Below are positions 37,250 to 50,586 of a DNA stretch of 64,000 nt, one piece after another. The notes below the pieces were generated by a model. That model did no database searches. It saw only the letters and a program-made list of their open reading frames with translations, and was not told the origin of the DNA. How positions within the stretch are numbered: the stretch's first letter is position 1; every line of letters begins with the position of its first letter. The translations under genes were made by a program, and so were the position numbers. Where the stretch lies: assembly GCF_018350175.1 (NCBI RefSeq), contig NC_058368.1, positions 38,814,001 to 38,878,000 of the forward strand, given 5' to 3'. This DNA comes from Felis catus. Taxonomy: Eukaryota.

Positions 37250-40200
37250 AAAATACTAATACTATTTTTCACAGAAATAGAACAAACAATCCCAAAATTT
37301 TTGTGGAATAACAAAATACTCCAAATCATGAAAAGAAAAACAGAACTGGAGATATTGCAATTCTAGTTTCATTTTATACTAAAAAGCTGTAGTAATCAAA
37401 ACAGTATGATACTGGCACAAAAATAGACATATAGATCAATGGAACAGAAGAGAGTCCAGATATAAATTTACAATTATATGGTCAATTAATCTTACAATGG
37501 AGGAAAGACTATGTGATGGGAAAAAGAGACTGTTCAACAAATGTTGACAAAACTGGACAGTTACATGCAAAAGAATGGATCTAGGCCATCATGCACAAGA
37601 ATAGACTCAAAGCAAATTAAGGACTTAAATGTAAGACTTGAAACTGTAAAAATTCCAACAGAGAAGACAGGCAGTAGTTTCTCTGAGACTAGGCATGGCA
37701 ACATTTTTCTAGTTATATCTCCTGAAGCAAAGAAAACAAAAGCAAAAATGAACTGTTTGGGACTGCATCCAAATAAAAAGCTTCTCCACAGGAAAGGTAA
37801 CAAGCAACAAAATAAAGAGACATCTTACTGGGTGGGATAAGATATTTGCAAATGACAAGTCTAATAAAAGGTTAATATTCAAAATGTATAAAGAATTGAT
37901 ACAACTCAATACCCAAAAACCAAATAATTCAATTAAAAAATGAGCAGAAATTGTGAACAAACATTTCTCCAGAGAAGATATCCAGACACATGAAAAGATG
38001 CTCAACGTCATTCATTGTCAGAGAAATGCAATCAAAACCACAATGAGATATCACCTCATATCTGTCAGAATGGTTAAAATAAAAAACACAAGAAATAAGT
38101 GTTGGCGAGAATATGGGAAAAAAGGAACCTTCATGCACTGTAAGCGGGGATGCAAACTGCTGCAGCCCCTGTGGAAAATATTATGGAGTTTCCTCAAAAA
38201 ATTAAAAATAGAACTACCCTATGATGTAGTAATTCTACTACTGGTCATTTACCTGAAGAATATGAAAGCACTAATTCAAAAGGATATGTGCACCCCTATG
38301 TTTATTGCAGCATTATTTACAATAGCCAAATTATGGAAGCAGCCTAAGTGCCCGTTGATAGATGAATGGATAAAGAAGAGGAGATATATAGATGCAATGG
38401 AATACTACTCAGCTGTAAAAAAGAATGAAATCTTACCATTTGCAGCAACATGGATGAATTTACAGAGTACAATGTCAAGTGAAATAAGTTAGTCTGAGAA
38501 AGACAAATACCATATGATTTCATTCACATGAGAAATTTAAGAAACAAAAGAAATAACAACAAAAAAGAGACAACCCAAAAAACAGATTAACAGTAGGAAA
38601 AAAAACTGATGGCTACCAGAAGGGAGGTGGGTAGAGGTATGGGTGAAATAGGTGAATGGGATTAAGGGTACACTTACCTTATGAGCACTGAGCAATGTAT
38701 AGAATTATTGAATCACTATATTTTGCACCTGAAACTAGCATAACACCATACATTAACTATAGTGGAATTAAAAAACAAACCAAAAAATCCCCAAAATATT
38801 AGGGCAATGGGAACGTTAGACACATGTGACCTGCACACCCACCCCCCACCTCCCCGTAACTGTGTTCTATACAAGGGCTCAGGAAACACTCCCTTCACTA
38901 AGGCATTTAGAAATACATGGATAAATACACCTGCATCCCTAAAAAGCTTTGTGGTACTCTCCTTTGTAAGCCAAGTATTACAGCACTTGGTACTACTTTT
39001 GAGATGTAGTTTAATTTCACTGGGATGATCGGATCACAGAATATCAGATACCACGTGGAAGCATTTGTCAAACACATGTGTGTACTTCAATCATAAAAGA
39101 CAAAATGGATATAATTGTAACCAGAATATTTTTGTTTGTAAATTTTTTCATGGTGGCTGATTTATCATGATTTCTTGGAATGAGACAGATAGGTAGCCTG
39201 TTAGTGTGTTTTTCTGTATGTAATAAGAAAACCTCTAAATATGGTAGCAAGAAACCTGACTTGAGTCATCAAAAACTAGAGAATCATGGCCTCTTACCCA
39301 GATTTCAGACCTAACTCAGTTAATAGACTGGAGAGCCCCTTGACCGAAAGGGATGCTGAGTCCCTTGAGAAAAGACTGTACTGTTGCTTCAAGCACACAC
39401 TGTAAGTCTTCTTACAAACCTTCCCTAGAAGAAACCTTAGCCATTAATAAAGTGAGTGTTCATTGGGGAAAACGCATACCCAGACCTTTCATGGATAAAT
39501 GGACACTAGCTCCAAAATAACAGTAATTTCTGGTGACACAGAGAGTTTCTGTGGCCCGTGAGTCAAACTAAGGGCTTTATGGTGGGCATGTGATAGATGG
39601 AGTTAAGTCTAAATCACATTGAGCTTAGTTGGTTCATGGATCTACTTGTGATTATTTCCTCAGTTCCTGAATGTATGATTGGAATAAACACACTTTGAAA
39701 CTGGCAGTCTTCACAGTGACCGTGTGACCTATAGGGTGAGGCCATTAAAGCTAAATGGAAGCCCCCAGTCACTTTTCCTTTCTTTCTAGATAATAAACTG
39801 AAGTGATACTGCATCCCAGGGGAAATTTCTGAGATGAATGCCACCATCAAATAATTGAAAAAATGAGGATGCTTTTAATGATCATGTTCCCATTTAATTT
39901 ACCAATTTGGCCTGTGCAGAAAACAAATGGATCTTTGAGAATGACTGTGGACTATTGTAAAGTAATGAGGTGATGACTCCAATTATAACTGCTGCCCTAA
40001 ATATAATACTTTTAGTGGAGGAAGTCATAGCTTCTGGTACTTGGTATGCAGCTATTGACCTGGCTAATGCCTTTTTCTCTATACCAATTTGTAAGGACCA
40101 CCAGAAGCTGTTTGCTTTCACCTGCCAGGGCCAACAGTATATCTTCACAGTGTTGCCTCAGGACTACATAAATTCTCTTGCTCTTTGCCATAATATTTTC

Positions 40201-42757
40201 AACTGAGATCTTGATTGCCTTGACATTTCACAAATCATCACACTGGTCCATTAAATTGACAACATATAGGTCCCTATGAGCAGAGCATAACAAGTACTTT
40301 CACTGGTTTAGTAAGGCTTATGTGAATGAAAGAATGGAAAATAACCCCCACAAAAGTTCCTCCCAGCACTATCTCAATGAATTTTCTGATTTAGTGGAGG
40401 TTTAGTTATTAAGATACTTCCCCTAGGCTGAAAACTAATTTGCTAAAAGGAAAGAGTCAACCACCTGTCGTACCTTTTCATATTTTGGAGGAAACATGTA
40501 CTTCAATTGAATGTGCTACTTCTTCCCTTCTACAGAGTTGTTCATAAGGCTAACTGCTTTAGTAGGAAGTAGACCAAGAAATGGGACCACAACATATTAA
40601 GTCTGCAGAGCAAGCTGCTCTACCACTCATTTGTCATAATCCAACAGACCCCACATCACTTAAAATATTTGTGGCAAATAAGTATGCTGTACAAAAATCT
40701 TTTGCAAATACCAATGGAAGAATCACAATACAGATCTCTAGGGTATTGGAGCTGATTTATGCCTTCCTCTGTACAAAGCTATTGTTTTGATAAAAGTTTA
40801 TTCTTTGCTACTGGGTCTTGGTAGGAAACTGAACATTTAATCATGAGGCATGACGTCAATTAACCATGTGGCTTGAAATTCCCATCATGAACTGGGTATT
40901 ATCTAATCTAACTGCCCATAACATATGGTATGCACATCAGAATTCTATCACAAATGGAATTTGTACATAAGAGTCCAAGTGTAGGAAGGTTTAAAAGGTA
41001 CAAGTGAATTGCATCAACAGATGGCCTAGACTTCAATACCAGCTTGTGGTATATTGCCTTCTCTACCTGAATCCGAGCCAATGGATTCCTGGGGTGCTCC
41101 TTATGATCAACTAATCAAATAAGAATTGAGCATGCTTTACAAATGAGTTTGCACAATATGCCAATGTGATCTGAATGTGGATAGTTTCACCACTAGAGCC
41201 CCATTCAGGGGTGACTGTGGAAGACAGTAATAAAGGAAATTCCTCTCAGTGGGTAGACCTTTACATGGTTCAACTACATGGAATGTGCATTACCAAGGGT
41301 GACCTGGCTACTCCTACTTGCCAAATGCCTAATTGACCAATAACAGATACCAACAATGAGTCCTGGATATGTCACTATCTCTGTGATTACATCAGACCTT
41401 TCCTTCACAAAAAAGGCAAGTATTTGTCATCACTGGAATAGCCACACATTCTGGATATGGATTTCCCTTCCTTACTCATAATAATTCTGCTACTACTGTC
41501 ATTTGTTTTTGCCTAAAATGCCTGGTGCACAGTCATGGCACTGTGCACTGCATGGTATTGGATCATGAAACTGATTTCATGGCAAAAGAAGTATAGCAGT
41601 GGACTCAGGCCCATGGAATTAACCAGTCTAATCAATTACTCTGTCATCCTAAAGTGGCTGACTTAACAAAAATGTGGAATGACTATTAAATGCCCAGTTC
41701 AGCATCCATTGCAAAACAGCATCCTGAAAGTATGTGGTTCTGTTTTATAGGATGCAGTTTATGCTTTCAATCAGAGAACGCCGTATGGTGCTGTTTCTTC
41801 TGTAGTCCGAACAATTGAATACCTTTGGGATCAAGGGGTAGAGGTGGAAATGGCCCTTCCCACTAGTAAACCTAATAACCTCTTTGCAGAATTTCTGCTT
41901 TTGTCCCAGCATTTTTCAGCTTCTTTGTCTTATAGAGCTGATTCTCCAAAGAAGGGAACATTTCCACAGAGACACAAAATTATTTTCAACTAGATGAGAC
42001 TTCCACCTGCCTATTTTACCAGTGAACTAACAGACAAAAAATTAAAAAAAAATACTTCTGGAATGATTGATTGGTCATGACTTAGCCTCAGGTAAATTAG
42101 GAGCCATTACATAATAGCATTAAGGAGAACTGTGGCTGAAACTTAGGAAATTATCTGGATATCTCTAAGTTATTATTTATTTATTTATATTTATATTTAT
42201 CATTATTGCCTGCTCAATAATAAACTAAATAATAACTTCAAAATGAAAGCAACCAATAAAAAGCAATGTGACTGAGGACACAGACCCTTCAGGAATGAAG
42301 GTTTGGGTCAATTCACCAGTAAAGAAATGAGAGCATCAAAGAAGCTGTAGGTAACCACTTTAATCTGAGAAACAGTTATAGAAACGAGGACCATAGTAGT
42401 TGTGCATATTCTGTTGCAACTTATGTTCGTTTGTGTAAAGGAATCATTCTATTTTTTATCTTCCTTCCCATTTTTTCCCTCTTTATTATGATTTTTTACA
42501 AATGTCCCTGGAGGTTTAGAATTTAGTTTTTAAATAACAGAATATTCAGTGAGACTGACTGAATTTGAAGATAATCAATACAGCTCATGATAGCTCTACT
42601 GACTATTAGTCATCTCAGGGGAAAGTGAAAATTTCTTCACTTTTAAGAAATAGAAACATCCTTTTAGGTAGTTCATTTTGCTACCCTTTCAGTGGTAAGG
42701 GATTTCACATGTGTGTAGAAGGGTGTGTACGGAAGCTGAGTCATCAAATGGGTAGAC

Positions 42758-43502
42758 TGTGCCTATCACCAGTTTATTGCCTCTCTTCCTCAAAAGCACT
42801 CTTCAATATAAGCAATAGGGTAAACAATGGAATCCACTTAAGTGCTAATCATTTAAAGTGAACATAATATAAAGCTTTCTCAGAGAAGGGCACTTTAGAA
42901 ACAGTATAGGAGGATGAGTCTTCCTTCATTTTCTGGTGAATGGACCAGGGTTAGTGGTGTGGGCATGAGAACATCTGGTGGAGACTGCTCCAGACAGAAA
43001 CCCAGACTGTGGTCCCTCTGCAGCATTGCAGCCCACATCCACCTGCAGCTTTCTCAGCCTTCTGAAGGTGGAACCTACAGCCTCGTGCAGCCTGCAAACA
43101 CCTACCTATCCCTACTTCTGGGCAAGCCCCACACGGCCTGTACACAAGAGGACTGCCTGCTGTTTGTCCACCACCTCCAGCCCAACTCGGGCCTGGCTCT
43201 GCCAGTAAAATTCTCTTGTTATCCAGTAGTTGAACACACCTTCTCCAGCCGCTCACGCTGCCAACTCAGAAGGGCTAGACCACTTCTGAGTATCTCCCTC
43301 AGCCCTAGAGAACTATATAGAATTTCTTTATATTTTATAGTTACTCATTTGTCATAGTTAATAATTTTTACATATATATTTTAGATTCCTTTTATTTTTC
43401 ACAGTGCAACATGGGTACAACAGTTAGTAATTCTCTATATTAGTTTACCCTTGTTCAACATACTGTATATTTTTATCTCCTAGTTAGATCCAGACTAATA
43501 TA
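42758..43502 (+). mobile_element. ERVL provirus 3' LTR (LTR50-like)
   Basis: Follows PPT-like aaatgggtagac; starts tgtgcctatcaccagtttattgcctctc, ends cagactaatata; shares 'catttaaagtga', 'tgagaacatc', 'ttatagtta' with the 5' LTR; TSD gtgta/atgta. Confidence 0.85.
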
Positions 43503-45506
43503 ATGTATTAATATTTATTCACAAGTTTGCTCCCATTTTCTTTAAATTTGCAATTATTCTTTTTTGCTTTCTTTCAGAATAAAACTATTTTTTAAGATGA
43601 TTTTGTTTTCTCCATTATTTGTCTTTAATGTAGGTGGACATATTTTATTTTAGGAAGTACCTGTAGGTAACTGTAAATGCATATTGAGAATAACTCATAT
43701 AATAAATTAATCAGTAAATTTACACTCTTTCTGAATAATACGAAGAACTTTAAATTTTTAAAAATATCTTAATCACGCACTTTTTAACATATTTTTGTTG
43801 TAAAGTAGTATTGGAAAATTTTAATTTTTTCCTAATGAATTATAAATAATTATAGTGTTTTCAAGTCAGTGTTTATTTAAATTTATTTTCAAGTCAGTGC
43901 ACTTACTAATATCTTTTCTGAACTTTCTTTCGTAACCCAGAACACTATGGAATCTTTTCTCTTTTTCTTTTGTGATCCGAAAGAAAAACTTAGAATTTGT
44001 TGGTATTTTATTTGGTTCATCCCCACACCTCCTTGATTCTTTAACATCATTTCCCATGCCTGCTCATATTTTTTTCACTATTATTTCCTTAAAATTACAA
44101 AATGTATTTATTTTAAATTTGAATCTGATAACTTTTTTTATGGTTCAGTTTCTAGGTATGTTCTTTTTAATGGTTCTTATTTATACATAATATGGTATAT
44201 TCTTTTTGTGTTAACTGATTCTTGACTGTGCATTCTCCGCACTCCATCAAACTATATCTCTTTGAGACCACCAATTAAAGTTGTTTTCCTCATGAGAATA
44301 TTCACTTTCGCTTCAGCCATTTGCCTTAGGCATGACCAATATGAGAGTACATTAAATTAAATTAAATTCTCCACTTGAATCTTTTGGAAACTTTGTGGAC
44401 CACATAGCATGGATTTGGGCTGCAAAAATATATGATGCCTTTTTGGTGGTTATGAATTCTTACGAATGATTTTATTCTCTTTCTACCAAGTTAAAGTGGA
44501 AAGAAGCACGTTCCTTTGTGTCTCCTTCTGTGTACTGGGTTTGATTCCTAGAGCAGCTTTTGTGATCCTAATGTTTGTAGGAGTTTCCTCTGAAATTACA
44601 CCACTGAGGCAGATCCTAAGTCTTCTTCCCTCCCCCTAACACACTACATATTTCAAAGCAGAAGCTCAAATTTACATATTGGGCAGAAACTGGGAAAAAC
44701 AAAGCAAAAACAATTGTGTGACTTGTTTTCTAGGTTTCTTTTTCATAGATTCTGGTTTTAGGCTGTACAGATTTCCTTTTTGGTATCAGGCCAGTAATGT
44801 CATGTAAAATGGTTTATTTTGATCCAAAATTTTACTGTTTAAGTTAGGAGAGTGATTCATCTCCTGTAGTGCTTAAAAACAGCACTTAATAATAGAAAAC
44901 AACTTATCGCTTTTGAAAAGAAAGAATACTTCTTAAAAGTTATTTCAAAAATTCATCAGACATTGTTGGTAAAAGCTCTAAATGAGATATATGTGTGTAG
45001 AAGAAAACGACCAAAGTATTAAAATGACTATTTACTCAGTATTTACACAGTGGCAAATATTTTAAATGGTAAACAAGTCCTATCTATTTCCATCAACGTT
45101 TTTATTTCACATTCCTTTGGAAGTTCTTATAAACATAAGAACAGAAGGAAATAATGAGTTATATATTTGATTTCTCTCCTTTGCTAATATATTGTGATTT
45201 GAAGTGACAAAATCCAGAAAACACAGGAAATAAAAGAAATAATATGGGGGTATGGCAAAGTGACTAAACTCTAAGAGCAATAACAATTTTTTTCTAAGGT
45301 AATCAAAGATAGTCAAGGGCCATACACAACTGTGAAAATGTTTAGAAAACTAAAATTTTTCAAAATGTATACAAGTTATGAGGAGAAAATCTAACACCTT
45401 TAATAAAACAATGAAACAAAATCTAAAAAAAATTGGAACACACATATTCTGTGTTTTCATTTTGGAGAACAACTAATATTACAACATTGCTGGTTCCCTG
45501 TATATG

Positions 45507-45521
45507 TCTATCTCTATCTCT

Positions 45522-45558
<37 letters not shown>

Positions 45559-45598
45559 ATCTACCTATGTAGCTACCTACAGACCTACCTACCTATCT
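45507..45598. repeat. (TCTA)n / (CCTA)n tetranucleotide microsatellite
   Basis: Seen directly. Confidence 0.9.
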
Positions 45599-45628
45599 TT
45601 CCATTTGGAATGTTAGTAGAATCACAAT

Positions 45629-45829
45629 CAAAAAAAATTTAGTGTGTATTTTTTGAAAGCAACAGAGCACACGCAAACAGGACAGGGGCAGAGATAGGGG
45701 TCAGGGGATCCAAAGTAGGCTCTGCGCTGACAGCAGCGAGCCTGATGTGGAGCTTGAACCCTAGAACTGCGATATCAAAACCTGATCCAAAAGTCGAGAC
45801 ACAACTGACTGAGCCACCTAGGCGCCTCC
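45629..45829 (-). mobile_element. CanSINE
   Basis: Reverse SINE; TSD agaatcacaat (45618-45628, 45830-45840). Confidence 0.92.
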
Positions 45830-48397
45830 AGAATCACAATTTTTAAAAATTGAATAAATTCTACAGAGTATCCGAGAACAGTATTTAAAAATAATTATGG
45901 GCGTTTTTTTTTTTTTTTTTTTTACCTAATATCAATATAAAACCAATCTATTTTATTCTAAGATATTTTCTCAGGAATAGACAAATCAGTAAAATAGAAT
46001 TCAGAAAGATCTCATTAGATGGGGATTTATTATATGATAAAGTTGTGTTTTATTTTAATTATGTATAAAAATAGTTGCATCTCATGTGACAGTCATGAAA
46101 TAAATCTATAATTATAGGAATAAACATATATAAAAAGTAATTCCCTATTAACTAAAATCTGAAAAGAAACAAATGAAAAAAAATGATTTAGGAGATTCTA
46201 GACAATCTAGAGATCCAGATTTGTTTTTCAAAAGGGAATAAATAAAATCTTTAGAAGAGAAATATAGTCAAAAGTGCAAGTGAAAATTATATTATTAGGA
46301 AAAATATAGCAGAGCCATATCAATAAATTGAGGCATACTGTCAATGACCATTAATTTAAAATATTAAAATCTATAAGGTAAAAATATAATTTTGAAATTT
46401 AGAAAAAATGAGTTATATACAAAAATGGATGAAGTATATGAACAGACAGTTCACAGAATAGCAAACCCAAATTACCTGAAAAATAGAAGGATGTCAAATT
46501 AAGCAACAAAAATATACTTTTATTTTAATAAATTAGCAAATTTTTAGAAGAGTATTACATATTGGTGGTGAATATAAGGGGAAATATCTGTTTCCTAATA
46601 GAAATGTGTATTTCTTGAACACAATTATAAGTCACTCTAGCATTAAGTATTTAAGTAAAATTTGAAAAATAAAAGACACTTTAGTCCCTCAATCTTACAT
46701 TTGGGAAACCCAAACACTTAAATGAAAGCATCAGCAAAGTGTCAGTCAATTGAGGAAGGTCAGTCCAATTGAGGAACGGTGCTTACAGCTGTTTGGGGAG
46801 AATGAATACAATGAGTAGAGGGAATTAATTAACTTCACACATTGGACATTGAGGGATTTCCATATCATAATATTATGTTGTTCTGAATTAAGTTTCAGAA
46901 TAATGTTTCTAAATATCATGATAATTGTAGAATTGTGACCAATAAAGTATCTTCTTCAATTATATAAGGAGAAATCTATGGACAGATACCCACCTTAGAA
47001 GAGAGAATAAATAAGCAAGAAACAAACATACCTATTTGCTATTCTTGTTTTGCAACTTAGTATTTAAAGATATAAACATTTTAAATTATTAGCTAGAATC
47101 AGTTTTAGAGTTGATGATCTTACAACCTAATCATCAAAGGCTATATAAATACATATATGTGTACATATAATATATAATACATATTGTATGTGTCCAATCT
47201 AAATATATGTTCACAAATATTAAAAGAAGTAATTATAAGCAGAACCTAGAACAACTCAAGCTATTTTTTTCCATATTTTTTTATTAGGGCCTAGGGGAGT
47301 AAGGAGTAATTGATCTATATAAATTTACTCAGAGACAGAATGTTCAGGAGTCCTTTATTTTATGCAATTTTAATAGTTCATTCTCAATAATTGTATATTT
47401 CCTTCTTTGCAAGAGTTAATCCAATCAGTAGGTTTACTCATATTCCAAGTTTGCCTAGAATATCTTTGTTGAAGAAAATATATCAGTTTGAGATATGCTT
47501 TCTTAACAATTACTCTTTTTGTCTTTGATAAGAATTTTATTTCAGTTGTGAGTATATAATTAAATTCAAATATTTCTTATATTGGTTTTACGGCCATGAA
47601 CTTTAGGTATATTTTCTCAAAACATGGCATTGTAAATTAAATTGCTTTTTCAATATATCTCAGTAATTTTGTTTTCTAGTCCATATCCTTGACTTCTTTT
47701 ATTATATTACTACTGATTTTTGAAAAAGTGAAATCCAATTCTGTAATATATCACCAAGTGTTTGGAAGAGAACTCTGGATTGTGGCATTTTCAAAAAGAG
47801 TACTTAACATTCATGTGTAAGAATTGTACTTCATTTTCTGCTTTTTGGAAAGATCCACAATCATGTTTCTTAAATTAGTTACTTAATAGAAAGACAGAAA
47901 ATCTGCATTGTTTGGATATACTATCACTTTCATTTTATCACTATTTTAAGATGATTTAATTTTATTAAAACATAAAGTGAATATTACAAGTTTACGAACA
48001 AATGTGCATGCAATGCCAGTTTGCTCTTATCACAGAGAGAGATTTTGTTTTTAGAAATCCAAGCACTATACTTGTATACATCATATTTGTGTTGCATGTA
48101 AACTGAAAGTTAAGCAAACTATTCCATTGAAAATGAAAGGAATCCAGCAGTATATATAGAACCTTTGATATCTTATTGATAGAGAAGAAGGATGTATTTC
48201 TTATATATTTAGGTAAGAAAGATTTTTGTACCTGAGCATTATCTTAGTATAATTTATTCTCTGTAGTGTTTATAAAAGTGCAAGCCTAGAATAAACAATG
48301 TTGTAGGTTTTTTAATTTAAAAATACCCAATCCTAATAAAAATAATAACCGATGGAAAAATCAATTAATAAAAAGTAGTCTTTTATTTTGAATCAAA

Positions 48398-48591
48398 GAG
48401 GCACCTGGGTAGCTCAGTCAGTTAAGCATCTGATTTGGTTTCAGCTCAGTCATGATCTCACGATTGGTGGGTTTGAGCCTCACATCAGGCTTCACACTCT
48501 CTCTGCCCCTCCCTTGCTCATGCGCTCTCTCTCTCTCACTCTCTGTCTCTCTCTCACTTTGTCTCTCTCTCTCTCTCAATAAAAAAAAAAA
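48398..48591 (+). mobile_element. CanSINE, internally deleted
   Basis: gaggcacctgggtagctcag head, CT body, A tail. Confidence 0.92.
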
Positions 48592-48919
48592 TCTCCTTAA
48601 AACATAAGTCAATCAAATAAAACACTGAATTTTATACTATTAATTAATATATTTACTGTCAACTGAGCATGGATGCTGAGTATACAGATCTAAGTACACA
48701 CACATATATTTCTGTATAGACTCTCCTATCAGACAAGGGCATATGTACACAAATTCAGCAAGTACCTATTATGACTCCACACAATATTTTGAAAAGTCAA
48801 CATGATATTAACCTACATAACAGCATTCTCAGAAAGGTAAATATTAAAAGAAACTTGATCTTTAATAAGAATATTATGTTTCTGGTTGCTGCAGTTTTTA
48901 CTAATGTAGTATATATTAA

Positions 48920-49065
48920 GTAATGTCACCATTTTTATTTTGCAGAGGTGAAAATAGAAATATCAAAAAAAGCGTAAAATTATATCTGGGATTGTAATCA
49001 GAGTAAAAACTGAAGACATATCGGCTAAATTCATTTTTGGTCGCTAAGCCAGTATTCTTCCCCAC
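48920..49065 (-). mobile_element. MIR fragment
   Basis: 'attttgcagaggtgaaaatagaaa' reverse MIR core. Confidence 0.45.
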
Positions 49066-49266
49066 ATATCATGATACTCCTATTGTTAAAGACAAACAAC
49101 TACAGCTTGCTCAGTTTAACCTGCTCTGTGGCCAGTTGTGGGATGGGAGGTAACAGGGAAATCTGTAAGTTGTGCCATATGTTACAGAACTAAATAATCA
49201 AATCATGGCAGGGAAATGTCTATTTTCAGAAAACGTGCATTAACAGAGGATAGAGTTACCCTTTTT

Positions 49267-49482
49267 AAATTTTTTTTTCAACGTTTATTTATTTTTTAGG
49301 ACAGAGAGAGACAGAGCATGAACGGGGGAGGGGCAGAGAGAGAGGGAGACACAGAATCGGAAACAGGCTCCAGGCTCTGAGCCATCAGCCCACAGCCTGA
49401 CGCGGGGCTCGAACTCACGGACCGCGAGATCGTGACCTGGCTGAAGTCGGACGCTTAACCGACTGCGCCACCCAGGCGCCCC
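49267..49482 (-). mobile_element. Very young felid CanSINE (SINEC_Fc type)
   Basis: Nearly identical to 31585-31807; perfect TSD agagttacccttttt (49252-49266, 49483-49497). Confidence 0.97.
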
Positions 49483-49609
49483 AGAGTTACCCTTTTTAAA
49501 AAAAGTAAACAACCAATAGCAAAAAATAAAGATTAAGCATATAACCAAAGGTTTTTCGCCTATTAGATACAAGACAGCACAAAATTTCTTTCAGATACGT
49601 GACTGACTT

Positions 49610-50552
49610 ACATTTTTTTGATATCCTGCATACTGTTTTCCATGTGGCATTGCAGCTGTACCAGTTTACATACCCACCCTTTTCTTCACATCCTAACCAA
49701 CACTTGTTATCTTCTGGGGTTTTGGGTATTAACCATCCTAACAGGTGTGAGGAGATATATCATTGTGGTTTTGATTTGTATTTCCATTATGGTAGAGATG
49801 GTGAGCATTTTTTCCTATAGTTGATGGCCATTTGTATGCCTTCTGTGGAGAAATGGTTATTCAGATCCTTTGCCCATATTTTAATTGGGTTGTTATTATT
49901 TTCTGCTATTGAGATGTAGAAGTTCCTTAAATATTTTTCATATTAACCCTTTTTCAGATATATAGGTTGCAAACATTTTCTACCATTCTATAGACTGCCC
50001 TTTCATTTTGTTGGTTGTTTCCTTCACTATGCAGAAGCTTTTTAGTAATCTCTTGTAAACTCTATTTTTGCTTTTGTTGCTTGTGCTTTTGCTATCATTT
50101 CCAAGAAGTTATTGCAGCATTATTCACAATAACCAAGATATGGAAGCAATCTAAGTGTCCATCAGCAGAAAATTGTTTTTTAATATGTGATATTTACATA
50201 AAATACAATATTATTCACCCATAAAAAATAAAAAATCCTCCATTACAACATGGATGAACCTATAGGACATTATGCTAAGTGAAGTAAGACAGAGAAGAAC
50301 AAACGGTACATGATCACTTGTATGATGAACCTAAAATAGTTCAACTCAGGTAGAGAGATTATAAGGACTTACAAGGAGAGGGGGAAATGACGAAATGTTC
50401 ATCAAAGGATACAGTTTCTGGGGCGCCTGGGTGGATCAGTCGGTTAAGCATCCAACTCTTGATTACAGCTCAGGTCATGCTCAGGTCATAATCTCAGGTT
50501 GTGAGATAGAGCCCCACATCAGGCTCCACGCTGGGCATGGAGCCTGCTTAAG

Positions 50553-50586
<34 letters not shown>

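Larger units (their letters stand above)
34447..38784 (+). mobile_element. 5'-truncated carnivore-type L1 nested in ERVL gag (ORF1 C-half, ORF2 lacking endonuclease, 3' UTR)
   Basis: ORF1 IIGIPEGEE...IAENFPNLGKE...KERILKAAR; RT 'tttgcagatgacatgat' (FADDM) at about 36394; ORF2 C-terminus in ORF 37953; degenerate TSD aaatccaaaagattag / aaatccccaaaatattag. Confidence 0.95.
33760..42757 (+). mobile_element. ERVL internal region: decayed gag-pro-RT-RNaseH-IN-dUTPase, no env; interrupted by L1 at 34447-38784
   Basis: gag NTPFTKAFRN...PASLKS (ORF 38762); protease VHWG...MDTSS (about 39450-39530); RT GTWYAAIDLANAFFSIP...FAFTCQGQQYIFTVLPQDYINS (ORF 39970); integrase VITGIATHSGYGF (about 41427); many stops and frameshifts. 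Confidence 0.92.
44880..47090 (+). mobile_element. Highly decayed old L1 (L1ME-type) ORF2 3' half
   Basis: Degenerate motifs 'ttggaacacacatattctgtgttttcattttggagaa' and 'aaaatggatgaagtatatgaacagacagttcacaga'. Confidence 0.55.

Noticed and set aside
37953..38492. 179-aa ORF (and the 180-aa ORF at 57124-57666) as host genes
   Set aside because: Both are L1 ORF2 C-terminal fragments inside truncated, frameshifted elements.
33790..39030. Fv1-like co-opted ERVL gag
   Set aside because: Gag is internally deleted, split by a 4.3 kb L1 and has multiple stops.
39970..40206. Open RT segment as a domesticated retroviral gene
   Set aside because: Only 78 codons; the catalytic YxDD just downstream is destroyed and neighbouring gag/pol is full of stops.
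42914..43357. GC-richer overlapping ORFs (147 aa) as env or an accessory gene
   Set aside because: They lie within the 3' LTR, have no signal peptide or transmembrane pattern, and are not preserved in the 5' LTR.
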